Positions 1 to 11,464 of a stretch of DNA of 64,000 bases are shown here, in pieces. This DNA is from Raillietiella orientalis (lineage: Eukaryota). Positions within the stretch are counted from its first letter, which is position 1; every line of letters begins with the position of its first letter. The notes beneath the pieces are model-generated. The model was not told the DNA's origin and ran no database searches. It saw nothing but the letters and a program-made list of their open reading frames with translations. The stretch spans positions 3,162,001 to 3,226,000 of the forward strand of contig JAYWIR010000012.1 of NCBI GenBank assembly GCA_036172245.1. The letters are read 5' to 3'. The position numbers and the translations under genes were made by a program.

Positions 1-72
1 TATCGCGTCGGTGGCGGGGATGTGCGGACACTACCATCTGCAATGCTGCAGTCTGCAGCTCCAGAGGTCTTC

Positions 73-560
73 TCAAACCGAAGAGGCCAGCCAGAGGAGG
101 AAATGAAGTGGGAGAAAGAAGGAGGAGGGAGAGGAAGAGGAAGGAAAGGAGAGGGAAGCGAGGTGCAGGTGGAGGAGAAGGAAGGGAGGAATAGTGAAGG
201 AAAAGTAGGGAGGGAAGAGGAAAAGAGAGAGAAGGAGGGAAAGGAGGAAAAGGAGGAAGCAGAAGAGGAAAGGAGGAGGAAGGGAATAGGAGGAGAAAAA
301 ATAGCTGGAAAGGTGGATGGGGGAGGAGAGAGAGAGGAGCAAGGGAGGATGGGAGAGGAGGGAGAGAGGAGCAAGGGAGGATGGGGGAGGAGGGAGAGAG
401 GAGCAAAGGGAGGATGGGGGAGGAGGAGGAGGAAGAGAGGACAAGGAAATGAAGAAGAGGACGAGAAACGAAAGGAGGAAGAGAAGAAGGAAAAGAAAGA
501 GCAGCTAAAGAGAGGGATTATGATGGGTGGAGAATAAAAGAGTGTGGACAAGGGAGAAGA
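73..560. repeat. GA-rich purine low-complexity tract (in Wnt11 intron 3)
   Basis: Almost only G/A on the + strand (gaggag/gaagag units, including repeated ggagagagaggagcaagggaggatggg). The ORFs over it are low-complexity artefacts. Confidence 0.85.
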
Positions 561-661
561 GGAAGAACGGACCGAATAGTAAAGGAGGAAACACCCCCGC
601 TCTAGGGGAGATGAACCGCTGCTGCCGCCGCCACCACTGCTGCTTTGCCGAGTGCCCTTAC

Positions 662-972
662 CCTTCTTCCTGCCCGGTTGTTATGGTCGTTCATCAGCAC
701 CACGGACAGCTTCTCTCCGTCGGGGGACCGCGCGTGGTCGCGCCTAGCCCGCCTCTTCCTCCTCTTCCCGCGATCGAGGAAGCTCTTGCTGAAGCGGATC
801 CCGTAGTGGACGTTGTCGGCGCAGCCTCCCCACTGGAAGTTTCCATTGGGGGGTTCCTGGGGCATCGAGCCGCACCCACAGGAAAACACCCGTCCCGCCG
901 AGCAGGCTCTGGACACGTAGTAGGCCAGGGAGGCCGATGACAGCGCGTACACGAAGGCTTGCTCCCTCGTTC
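662..972 (-). CDS. Wnt11: Wnt11-like ligand, coding exon 3 (gene continues beyond the left window edge)
   Basis: Encodes GTREQAFVYALSSASLAYYVSRACSAGRVFSCGCGSMPQEPPNGNFQWGGCADNVHYG...LMNDHNNRAGRR, the Wnt core motifs. Acceptor is ttccccAG (973) and donor is GTAAGG (661). The phase matches exon 2. EPP..WGGCADN resembles Wnt11. Confidence 0.92.
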
Positions 973-1249
973 CTGGGGAAGGGAACGAAAGCTGGACTTT
1001 CGAGAGAACGGCAGTCGGCAAGAACTTGCAAAGCCCACCGAGACTCACCCTTCCTCCTCCCCCCGCAATCTCCCGCCTCTTTGGAAGTCCGGAGGAACGA
1101 AAGAAGGAACGCGCGGTTTGCGGGCGTCAGAGGACTCGGGGATCAGTGGACGACCAGAGGTCCGGACCTCGAACTTTTCCGGGAACCGGGAGGCCCTCGC
1201 GACCTTCAATTGTCCTTCTGGAAGGGAGGTAAGGGACTTCTGTCCCTGC

Positions 1250-1950
1250 CGGAAGCCCTTTTCTCCTCCTTCTCTTCCCGTCCCGTCTCCCGGGTGACGA
1301 TTGATACCCTCGGCAAAGTCTTCCGCCATCTTCCACCGGGAAGGCCAGGACTCGCTTTCAGCTCCCGAGGATGCAGGGTCAGACCTCCTCCCAGATATCC
1401 TCGAGGATTTCAGGAGAACTCTGAATACCTCGATCCGGCTCACCAAGTTCACTCTCCGGAAGGACCTCATCCTCCAGAGACCGTCAGGCAAGAGCGGGTC
1501 GAGCTTCCGAGGAAGGCTCCACGAAGCTTCTCTCCCTACCGCGTGCACAGGCAGTTGGCTCCCGGACGTTTTCCGGTCCAAAGAGCGGCTCTTCGGAGAG
1601 CAGCCTTGGATCCTTGCCACCTCACTCGCCCACCTGGTTTCGAACCCAGCCCGGACTCAATCCCATCTCATCAGGGTTGTGCGGGAGGAGGGATGAGGGG
1701 AACGGGACTCTCAAAGCGTGAGGGATCCTTCCACGGTCGCAGCTGCTGCTGATACGGACGTCCCCTTTGCCCGCGCATCCCAATCCTCTCCCGGAGCCCG
1801 GGGAAGGACAAGCAGCTTCTTGAGGAACAGACGTTTTCTTTCCCGAGTCAGAGAGATAGAGAGGACGGGAGAGCGAGCAAAGTTCATTCAGGTGGTTGGA
1901 AGCGGTGGTGACGCGGCGACTCTTCACCGCAAAGAGAACTCGCCCTCCTC
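1250..1950 (+). mobile_element. Decayed non-LTR retrotransposon RT fragment in Wnt11 intron 2
   Basis: Frameshifted motifs in L1/Tx1 RT order: LPPGRPG (GKSPG-like), LLPDILEDFRRTL...LILQRPSGK (before the RPISL region), and FLSRVREIERTGERAKFIQVV (FL.VL..GF...FI-like). Confidence 0.5.
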
Positions 1951-2223
1951 CCCCTGACCCACCCTCCCGATTCCCACTGCCCATCCGTGGCCGCAAAACC
2001 CCTATTCTTCCCTGCCATTGTTGCTACCCGACGAGTTAGAAGCGCATCAGAGTTTGCCAGGCGACGGCAGGGGGCCATAGCTAGTAAATCTGGAAGATAG
2101 ACGATCTCCTCTCGATCCCATCCCACCTCAACCTTCTCCTCACCCCAAACCCAGAAAAAGAGTAAAACTAAAGGGACACCGACATCGGATTTCTACGGCG
2201 ACCCCTCCTCTGACCCCGGGTAC

Positions 2224-2462
2224 CTTTCGTCAGATCGGCAGTCAAGCCGGAAGCGGTTCTCAGGGACGAGCAGTTCCACCTCCGGTCCACGAACGCCGTC
2301 TGGCACGTTTCCACGACCACGTGCGAGGCCTCCACGAGGTGAGGCATCACCTCCAGAGACTTCCGGCAGATGCTCGCCTGCCTGTGGGTCAGACCGTGCA
2401 GCCTCAGCACCTCGCAGCTGCTGGGAGAAGTCCACGCGCTGTCGGGGAGCGTCCTGAGCGTT
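2224..2462 (-). CDS. Wnt11: Wnt11-like ligand, coding exon 2
   Basis: Encodes TLRTLPDSAWTSPSSCEVLRLHGLTHRQASICRKSLEVM...CQTAFVDRRWNCSSLRTASGLTADLTKG (Wnt CQ..F..RRWNCS motif). Acceptor is ctttccAG (2463) and donor GT is at 2223. The 239-nt length keeps frame with exons 1 and 3. Confidence 0.9.
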
Positions 2463-3399
2463 CTGGAAAGTTCGCCGCATAAGTAAATGATTTCGAAGTA
2501 CTAGTAATTCGTGTTCTGTTTTATTAGAGTGAAATTGACATTAATGCTAGATGTTGATGGGTTAAATAAAATGATTGCTATGCGTAAGGAATCAAGGGAA
2601 GCTCTAAGGGCGGTAGGCAGGCCACCTACCTCCCGCTGGGGTGGCGGGATCCTGCGGGAAGGCAAATCCGCACTCCGGGAGACCTCCTCCGCGTTTCCCC
2701 CATCCTTCCGTCCTTCCTCCCTCTTTCCCTTCTCCCTTTTCTGCCCCCTTTCCCTCTTCACTTTTCCCAGACACGTAGGAGACCCGGTCGCCCTCTCCGC
2801 TGCTAGGGATGAGTTCTGAGGAGACGGGCAGCACGGTGACGGCCTCGCGCGGATCTCCGGGATGAATCTTCGAGGCTCGAGCAGGTCGCGGTGTGCCTGA
2901 GACGCGGAAGCAGATGGAAGAATCCCGGAAGAGGTCTCGGAGGAAATTCGCTCCCACCCTTAGTTGCTGATCGGATTCGAGAGCATTGCTTTCGGACGGT
3001 TCTTTCCAGCCACCCGCTCCCACGGGCACAGTGCGCACTCGAAGTTTTCTGAGCGGACTTGGGGTTGAGCCAAGCTTTCCCTCCCCCATCCTGGAGAGTG
3101 ACCTTTCCTCTCCCTCAGAACAACCCTTCCAGAGCAGATGACTCTAGGCCCACTGAGCAGCGAGCAATGCGGACGTGGATGCTGCTCCATGGCTTCCTCA
3201 TCGTAGTTCCCTTTCCATCCCCTCAGGGCTCCCGCTGACCTGCAGCCTGCCGGACAGCGCACGATCCGGAGCGACGAAGGCGCCTGAGCGAATTCTGGAC
3301 AAACGGCGCCCCGGATGCCGCTGCAGGGTGAGTGGGAACTCCCGGAGGGAGAGAACCACCCAGGGACTCCTCCAAGAAACGAAATCGTCGAAAGGGGAA

Positions 3400-3780
3400 A
3401 GGTGGCGTTAGAATCCCGGAAGGCTCCTCCTTACTTCAGGAGGCACACGCCGTCCCAGAATCCCGAGCGATCATCTGTGGGCTACGGAGACGAGGCCCGG
3501 GGACCCCTTCTTTGTCGCGGGGTGCGGAGAAGGGCAGCTCGAAGCGCGACTCCCTCCCCACAGCCGAGGAGATCTATCCTCCTCGCAAGCATCCGGGAAT
3601 GCGGCAAGCTACCTATGAGGGCCTTCTGCTTTGGCCCTGGAAGGGAAGGTCGGACTTCCGGGATCATGGTGGGATCTTGCGGGGAAAGTGGGTTGCGAAA
3701 ATCCTGAACGTCCCCGAGATGCGGGAAGCTCTACTCAGCCGGAAACCTCGGTGGGCAAGGAACGCAGCGGGGGAGCGCGT
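3400..3780 (+). mobile_element. Decayed LINE post-RT fragment in Wnt11 intron 1
   Basis: LLLWPWKGRSDFRDHGGILRGKWVAKIL resembles the L1/Tx1 'LP..GG.G..D....L.AKW..K' segment. Confidence 0.4.
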
Positions 3781-4155
3781 ATGATTGGGGAAGGTGGGTC
3801 AAGGAAGAAGAGAGGAGGAGAAGGAAGAAGGAGGGAGGAAGGGAAAGAGAAGAAGAAAGAGAGGGAGGAGGAAGCGGTTGGGCGCAGTAGTGAGCGCGAG
3901 GTTCGTTCCAGGAACGGAAGAGAAAGGGGAACCGACGGGAGCAAACAGGAAGGACCATGAAGACCCCACTCCCCTTCGCTCGTACCTCGTCCAGGAGGAG
4001 CGAACCCCGGATTTCGGCTTCAGCGCCATCAACACCTCCCCCGACAACCGACGGGCGAAAAGCAACAGCGAGACAGGAGATGAGGAGGTAGAGAGCGAAA
4101 ATCGGCGGTTCCCTCCCCTCCTCCCGCTCCTTCCCCCGGTTCCAATCGCACTTAC

Positions 4156-4235
4156 AGCCAGCTGATCTGGATGCTCCAGGGAACGAGGACGCAGGAGATG
4201 AGGACTCGGAAGGCCGTCCAGCTGTCCGGTTCCAT
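4156..4235 (-). CDS. Wnt11: Wnt11-like ligand, coding exon 1 (signal peptide)
   Basis: ATG at 4235 gives MEPDSWTAFRVLISCVLVPWSIQISW(L), a hydrophobic leader ending in I.WL like the Wnt11 IKWLAL motif. It is followed by a canonical GTAAGT donor, and phase 2 matches exon 2. Confidence 0.8.
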
Positions 4236-4239
4236 GACG

Positions 4240-4900
4240 ACTTCCCCGGGAGGCGTTCCTACTTTCCTTCTTCCTTCCGCGCGGGACGCCTTCCCCCGGA
4301 ACGCATGGCCTTCCTCGCGGTCTGCTTCCTCCTCTGCGTGTTCTCGCCCCGTGGCGCGCAAGACGCGCGTCGCTGTGCGCGATGCGCGCGTTAGTCGCGT
4401 GGAGATTTTTCGAGGAAAAGGGGGGGGTGAGGAAGGGGGGGGGGGAACTTTGCAGTGGCGATCTCCGCGGCTTTCGACGACGGCGCGCGCGCGGCGGCCA
4501 ACCTCCTCGCGCGCACACGTCCCGGGGTCTCTCTCGGCGCCTCGCGCGCGAGCGGCGTTCCCTTGGCAGCGAGCGCGCCCCCACCTCCAGCCAATCGCCA
4601 TATCCGTCGCCGGACGTCGTCAGCGTCGTCGTCCGGCGGCGGCGGCGGCGGCGGCGCCTCCTAGTGCAGCGCCGCCGCAGCCGCCGCCGGAGAGCGGAAC
4701 ATGACCAAAGCGCACCCGCAATTAGCGTGCCGATGTTCAAGCGCTGCGTAATGGGCCGTGCGTGGCTCCTTTGTTTCCCCCACGGGCGGAGCGGAGCGGG
4801 CGCGCGCACCCGCCGGAGTCGCCGCCTCGAGGATGCGCGCGTGCGTGCTGTTCGGGAGTGGTGGGCTGCAGCTTCCCTTTAAAGAGAAGGGAAGGGGAAA
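4240..4900 (-). promoter_or_regulatory. CpG-rich 5' UTR/promoter region of the Wnt11-like gene
   Basis: Very CpG-dense, with (CG)n runs, a (GGC)n tract at ~4635-4657 and G-runs at ~4420-4445, immediately upstream of the Wnt start codon. The transcription start is not determined. Confidence 0.5.
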
Positions 4901-7019
4901 GGAGATGATGGGGGAAGGGGAATGGGAGGAGAATGCAGCCTCTTCTCTTTCCTTCCGTCTCCCAGGGAGTCCGTTCCCCTCCGCCTCTCCCTGGACTCCG
5001 CCACATCCCTTTCTCCAGAACCGAGAACGCCTCTCCCGACGCGGCGGTGCAGAAGAAGCGTTCTGTCGGGGTTCGCCCGTGCTCGCGCACTTCGCCCCGG
5101 GAAACGAGGGAGTAATTCCTTCATCCCTGAACTCCCCTTCTCCCGTTTCCCGGGGTCCCTGCCGTGCGTGCCGCGCGTCCCGGAAGAGGAAGGATGACCA
5201 GACCTCTCCCTGCTGGCGACTTTCCATCCAGCGTCGGACGAGATCCAGCGTGGAGCATCCCAGCAGAACGCGCTCAAAAAAGGCAGCCTTCTCGTCCTTC
5301 CATCTCCCCTCTCCCCGAAGTTCTGCGCAGAACGCCGGGAAAAACAGAAGCAGAACTTGAGGCGAGGCGGAGGATGGCAGCGATCACGAAGCATCGTTCC
5401 CAGGAAGAGAGAGTAGGGGTGGACCTTTTCGACGGCCTTCCGACGGCGGCGGGCGGAGGAGCCAATGCCCCTCAAGTGGATGGGGGGTGATGGCTCCGCG
5501 CACCCGCCGCGGGTCGCCGCGCCGCTTCCCTTCCGGCGAGCGCAGGCACCTCGCCATCGCAGAGGGCGCGACGGAGACGCCGGTGCCACGCTCTACGCTT
5601 GACCGGCCATGGGCACGCGGTGGCGAAGAGGGCGAGGAATGGCGATTCCCGGACATGTCGGCGCCGTGGCAGCGGAAGCAGGCCGAGTTCCCGAGCAGGT
5701 CAAGCAGGAACGCGGAGAGACGCCGGAAGAACTTGGTGCAGCCACGAAATGCCCGGTGAGACGTCAGGGGTGGAAGGAAGAAGAAGAGGAAACGCGAAAG
5801 GAACGCCCAAGGCTATTAATAGCACGCGACGCCGCCCTCTCCCTTCCCTGTCAATAAAAAAGGTGGCGCCTCCTCAAAAAGTGCAGTAAAGAGTTTTCCT
5901 GGGATGTGTCATCGAGGAAACACCACCGTATCGAAGCTATCCTTCCGCGCTGAGGAACGTCCGTCCCCCGAAGGCAGCAGCGAAGAGAACCTCCCTCGTA
6001 TCCACGCAACGCAGCGTGGCGGTTCGAAGGGTGAGAGGCGGACGCTGCTCGACTGCCTTCCAAAGCAGCGGAGAAAGCGGAAAGGGGACAGGGGGGTGCT
6101 ACGCCTTGAGGACTCCGAGTTAGGTCGCGGAGAACACTCGAAACTCCCAGGATAATCCGAGACTTGGCACCTCTTCGGAAGTGGTTCTAGGAAGCATTTT
6201 TCCCCTTGCCCTGAGCGTGCTAGCTGGAACCCCGCTTACGAGACCAGTCCGTCTGTGGAGCATCCGGGAACGGAGTGTTACCGCACTCCGTGTCAGCACT
6301 TCAGGTGCTTCCAAGGGGCCCGTCGGGGACGCCGGAAAACGCTCTGCTTTCCCGGATGGCGACCACCATCCCAGAAGGTGTGACAGCGGAACCGTCCGTC
6401 CCACGCTGCCAATCCACGAGGGTGAGACCCCACTCCCCCCCAAGACGACCCGCCGCTGCTAGACAATTTCGGAACTTAGCTGCTGTCCAGAGTTTCCCTC
6501 CTCCCGCGGATTCTTGGAAGATGGGAACGTCAGCACAAGCGGTTGTTGAGAGGTGAGCGTGGATCCCAACCCATGATCTCCCACACCGCAGACGAGTAGG
6601 AATCTTCTCCGATCCATCTTTCCTAAAGAGCTTGGGAGTAGGAAAGAACACGAGCTTTCGTGGACCAGCAATTCAAGGAAGAAGAAAAAGTTGACAGGGA
6701 GAAATCGGCCGTCAGAAGCAACAACTCTGTAGAGTCAGCTGCCACCTGCTGACGCCAGGGAAGGAATGGAGGAAGCAGCCTCCTTCCCGTTCCTCCCCCA
6801 TCCAACGCAGGCCCTCGGAAATCATGCTGAGTACCGGTCCATCCCATTCCCTATTTATTTCTTCAATGTCCCTTCCTCTTCTCCCTCTACTCGTCCCCAG
6901 TTTTGCCCCCAGTAAAAATGGCCCCTGCGAGTACGGGTCGGCACATGTCAGTTCTCTGCTTGTTTCGATTCCTTTTTGTTCATTTTAAATAAGTGACCTG
7001 ACTATCCGGTATGAAAAGG

Positions 7020-7530
7020 TCACCCAAAGAAGTTTATTCTTCAGAAAAAATGAACACACAAGGAAGGAAGAAGGGGAAGGCTGGGACTTCACCCTAAGAC
7101 TCGCAGGTCGGCTACGAAAAAAGCGGAAGCGGTGGAAGGGAACACTGGGCTGCGTCTCTGGCAACCTACGACCTGTCTTCTTTCAGTGCTTCCTGCAGAT
7201 GGGATCGTTCCTCCAGCCTCCTCATCACATAGGCCTCCCATCTGTTCCGGGACGCTACTATCTTCCTGAAGAAACAAATGATGACAATTGGGAGCAGCAG
7301 ATAAACGCCATATCGAGCGTGAAGGGACTCCTCAAAAGTTTCCTCGTGTTGGTCCTCCAGCGCGAAGCAGGGATTCCGCGAGGTGTGTTCAACTGCTTCT
7401 GAAGGGTGCTGCAGTGCACAAACAGGGGAGGAAACACTGCCGCACCTACGCCAGTTCAGGATTCTCCCCCTCGTCCACAACACAGGAGCTCTCTGTACAG
7501 GAAGAATCCTGAAGAGCAACGCCATGTGTT
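7020..7530 (-). mobile_element. LINE 3' end (zinc finger, C-terminus, 3' UTR)
   Basis: ORF 7166-7525 reads CGSVSSPVC...EAVEH...IICFFRKIVASRNRWE...SHLQEALKE, matching other copies (ICCIRAIVTARRQLE...WPHLPEEVKK). It is followed on the - strand by ccgacctgcg and AATAAA...GGGTG. Confidence 0.55.
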
Positions 7531-7940
7531 GCTATCTCAAGGGGTGAGTGTATCTGTCCAAACATCAGCCTCGCAGCATCGATTAAGGCAAAGTTCTGTT
7601 TCAGTTTGTTTGTTGGATTCGGTGGGATACAATGCGTTGGACTGCAACCGAATGTTCTGGAAGGATTCAGAGAGCCGAGAGGGTGAATGAAAAACACGAA
7701 AGCGCACAGTAGGAATGCAAGGACTCTAAAGCAGAATCGATGAGTGAGGGAAAAAGTGGGGAGCACGTCATTTCAAACGGAATTTTCCCTGTGTTTCTCA
7801 GCAACGGCTGGTACCCTCTCTTATCCTTCGACCGTTCATGGACAACGCAATGCTTGTAAACTCTATGAGTTTCCCGGTTCTATGGAACCTCATAGTTTGC
7901 ATCATGGTACTGAAGCAACATCTCAACAACCGCCTACCAA

Positions 7941-8017
7941 TTAACCCATTGAGTGCTATGGACGCATATATGCTCTCGACGAAAACTATTAGCGTGCGCT
8001 ATGGACTCAAATATGCT
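7941..8017 (+). mobile_element. piggyBac-like terminus (solo end)
   Basis: TTAA|CCCATTGAGTGC start, followed by a 20-bp sub-terminal direct repeat (gctatggacgcatatatgct 7955-7974 and gctatggactcaaatatgct 7998-8017). No matching opposite end was found. Confidence 0.45.
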
Positions 8018-10618
8018 TTGGGCAAATGTTTTTACCTTACACATGCGACACAAGTTGACACTACTGTCAGTGGTTGAGGTGGACACATGCACTTACGCTC
8101 TTGGAATTCCCTTAGCAACGACAGTGAACAGAATTCCGTGAATATCGGCTAACTATTCTCGGTTTTTCGGGGAGTCACTTCTCTGTGTAAATAAAATAAA
8201 TAAAAATAAATAAAGGTGCGAATAAACAATCATGATAGTAACTTCACTCAGAACTTTATATAAAGTCAATCGTCAGCTCGATGGAGCACGCGGTACGCGA
8301 AGAAGCGTTCCGCCCAACTGCGACTCGCGTGCCGTCAACACGGAACGTTTCCATCTGATGAGCTCCGCACCCAAAGAGTCAAGTATGCATCTCTTGCACC
8401 GAGTGCTTTCATTTTCGACACAGATGTAAAGAGATGAGGCTAAACTAAGGGCGCGGGAATGATTTTCACATGGATGCCTTTGGAATTTTTAGATTTATGC
8501 TCCTTACAGCCTTAAAAAAACGAATGAGTAAATGGGGAATAGGATGGGCAGGAGCATAGGTTTTAGTTCTTGCATATGTGGTAGCGGCAAGTCACTAAGA
8601 GCAAAGCATGCAACCGAATGTCTTTTCTTTACAGAGATGCGAAAAGTTCGTCAGAAAATGCATCTGTTCTTGATTAAAAAAATTATCACTAAGGGATCTT
8701 CATTGTCTGTTTATCTGTTCTATTTTTTCCATCTCTGTACTTCTTGATTCCCTATCTTTCCTAGAAATACTCTCCGAGTTTGAATTTTAGAGTTTCAGTA
8801 TGAATAAGTTTTGAAATACTAATCCATCCAGTAATTTGCGTCAATCAGAAAGGAATTTTCAGATACAGTTGAGTGTTTTTTTTTTTTTCCCCATCATCTT
8901 TCACATGACTTCTGCGCTGAAAGGCATCAAGATTACACTTCTAACGTGCTCCTATTTCTCCCAACTTACACTATGCCTGTGATCCCCAGTGACCCGTAAA
9001 TGTCTTCAGTTCACGAAGAACCAAGCTGATCCATCTTACGAAGAGATGCATTTTCTTCGAGAACTCGGCTGAATTTAGCTGAATCTGAATCAGCTGAATT
9101 TAGATTTTCGAGCTTTTTTTTTAGAGTAGTATTCACAAACAATTCAGTTTCCCAAGCATATCCATAATGTATTTAAATTTTCAAGCAAGACTCGTATTTT
9201 CCACTCATTCATTGTACACTTAATCCTAAATGAATTTCGAAAGCAGTCTACAAGAACAGGAAGTACAATCGATCGAGTCTTCTACCTTTTGGATGAAGCA
9301 GATGTTCTCATCAAAAGCGGATAAAATCTGTGCAGTAAGCAAAGGCCTTCAATGCTGTCGGATGACGATCAGATTCGTTCCTGCAAATCTCCACCTTTCC
9401 CTTCTCAACCACGGCTTTTTTGCTCCTCCGTGGGACCTCTGATCATGAACGAAAGAAAGCAGCCACGAAACGGGCATGAGGATTTTGAACCTTCACGACT
9501 GAAATCAACCACGGTCGCCGTGATGGCCAATATTCGACACGTGGTATCACACCAGAATTTGTGACTTTTGATATTTTCGTTGCAGCTTTGTACGTAGGCT
9601 TTCGTACACATTCAAGTTTGCATCACCAACTTTGAAAGGGATGCTCGTCCCATTTATGGTCCTCATCGGCGTTTTTAATTTCCGTATTGAGGAAATTCTT
9701 CTAAATATGTAATTGGATTGTGATAGAAATGCTTTAAATTAATCACATTACTGCAAAAAAATGATTTTCGAACTAAAAAAAAGTCGATGTGTCCCATTCA
9801 TATTCAATGAAAATTTTGTCATGCATTTGCGAATGTAGTTAACAAACGGGTAAGTATTTTAGAAATTTTTTAAAAGGTCAGTGGGCGACCCTTTGTTTCT
9901 TTGAATACACCTACATAAGAAACTCAAGTGAGAAATTTTATAAAAGCAAAGAAGCGTGCTCTGGGTTTTATAAACGAGTGACTCCTTTTGTCTCTGTCTC
10001 AACGAAACTGACCTTACAACGCTATCGGTTTCGATTACCGATATTAACATTTGTAACAAATTACATGATATGTTCAACGAAACAAGTGATTCCATGATTA
10101 ACTTTATTACTGATATGTGAAAACCGTTTATTATCAATATATCTTAAAGAAAATTACATGCACACATGTACTGAGTTTACGTGCTTTTTGAACTTTTAGA
10201 GTTTTTTTTTTCAAAGTCTAACGGTAGTTTTTTCCTTCTCTCTCTCTCTCTTTTCTTTTTGTGTCTGTGTTCTTTCTACCTCTAGAAAAGTTTGACTTGA
10301 ATTCATTCAAAGAAACAACTGCAAGCAAATTATTATTCAAAATAAGCAAATTCTTAATTACATGCGTGACGAAATAATTTTATCCTATGTGGCCTCACGA
10401 AAATATAAACATCTATGTTTTTTACACGTTCAAGTAATTCCTTGTCAATGTATGATTCCTAAAGTAATTCAGGGAGTTGCAACGACTTTTGCAGTAATGA
10501 AACTGTGTCGACACGAATGGTGCTGCAAACGGGTTGAGTGTTGGTACTCCTCCGTAACCTTTGAGAGGACCTTTCACGCCGCCGTTTGTAAACATTGATA
10601 GGAGTTGCAGGAGAGAAA

Positions 10619-10718
10619 ATGCTCTCTGATGATGACAGGAAACATGCTCCAACGTTGGTTCGGACCTTGGATACCATGTTCAAAATTTTTGTAGACAATC
10701 CTGTGACCTGGGTTCGTG
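10619..10718 (+). CDS. NDUFB10: NADH:ubiquinone oxidoreductase subunit B10 (PDSW), exon 1
   Basis: MLSDDDRKHAPTLVRTLDTMFKIFVDNPVTWVR (conserved VD.PVT.VRE motif), then a GTAATT donor. The exact start codon is somewhat less certain. Confidence 0.82.
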
Positions 10719-10922
10719 GTAATTACTTTATATATCATTGAGCTTTCCTGTATGTATGCCCATGTTGGTAATTTGCTTTCGTTTATGAGAGGAAGCACAT
10801 GAAATTGTGAAGCCAGGAACTAGGTATCAGTCAAAAATGATGCAATTACAAATAGAGAATTTGGTCGATAGTCTATGCAGTGATCATGTTTATTCAGTTT
10901 ATAAGCAGTCATTATTTTGCAG

Positions 10923-11058
10923 AAACCATAGCCACACCGTATAGGAAGAATTACCCCTATTATCATCAAAAATATCGAAGGGTGCCAACTATAGATCAGT
11001 GTTATCAAGATGATTTTGTTTGTATATATGAAGCAGAGGAGCAGTTTAAAAGGGATAG
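10923..11058 (+). CDS. NDUFB10: NDUFB10 exon 2
   Basis: ETIATPYRKNYPYYHQKYRRVPTIDQCYQDDFVCIYEAEEQFKRD, the hallmark YYH..YRRVP.I..C...D..C.YEA..Q.KRD. Acceptor is ttttgcAG and donor is GTGAAT. Confidence 0.95.
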
Positions 11059-11144
11059 GTGAATAAAAACTGCATATAAAATAATGAAATAACTTCTCAT
11101 TCAACTGTGCATTTGTTTGCTTTCTTCAAATGCATCTCTTTTAG

Positions 11145-11284
11145 GAAAGTTGATGGACAAATTGTTAGCATTTTAAGATTAAGGAAAGAAGATTGTACAT
11201 TTGAGGAGCGTCCAGATCATGAGGAAAAATGCCAAAAATTGATAGAAGCATATAATACTGCTGTAAATGATTACTTTATCAAAT
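11145..11284 (+). CDS. NDUFB10: NDUFB10 exon 3
   Basis: KVDGQIVSILRLRKEDCTFEERPDHEEKCQKLIEAYNTAVNDYFIK. Acceptor is ttttAG and donor is GTAACC. Confidence 0.93.
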
Positions 11285-11339
11285 GTAACCAGTTTTATAT
11301 ACACAATGCATTCAGAGTTACTTCAGTGTTTGTTTGCAG

Positions 11340-11464
11340 ATGGTGACTTAGCACCAAATTATCATGTTGTGTCAGCCTACATGAAACAGAAGCATCGTAT
11401 GCTGTGGGAAAGACGACATGGACCTGTAGGATCAGGAATGAAGAATGAACGTGGATCACAGTAG
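11340..11464 (+). CDS. NDUFB10: NDUFB10 exon 4 (to stop)
   Basis: YGDLAPNYHVVSAYMKQKHRMLWERRHGPVGSGMKNERGSQ*, after a 55-nt intron ending tttgcAG. The joined CDS is 501 nt, or 166 aa. Confidence 0.94.

Noticed and set aside
1..72. Next Wnt exon (CKCHG motif)
   Set aside because: No such motif was found in the - strand frames. The remaining exons presumably lie outside the window.
2411..2430. Alternative Wnt exon-2 acceptor at 2421
   Set aside because: It is in frame, but the 2463 acceptor restores the usual spacing between the WL motif and the first Cys. It cannot be fully excluded without RNA data.
7370..7470. Ankyrin-like CVQLLLKGA...GNTAA on the + strand
   Set aside because: It needs a frameshift, and the - strand gives a better match to the LINE zinc finger and C-terminus.
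8200..10400. Gene divergent from NDUFB10
   Set aside because: A few splice-like signals exist, but I could not assemble a consistent or recognisable reading frame.
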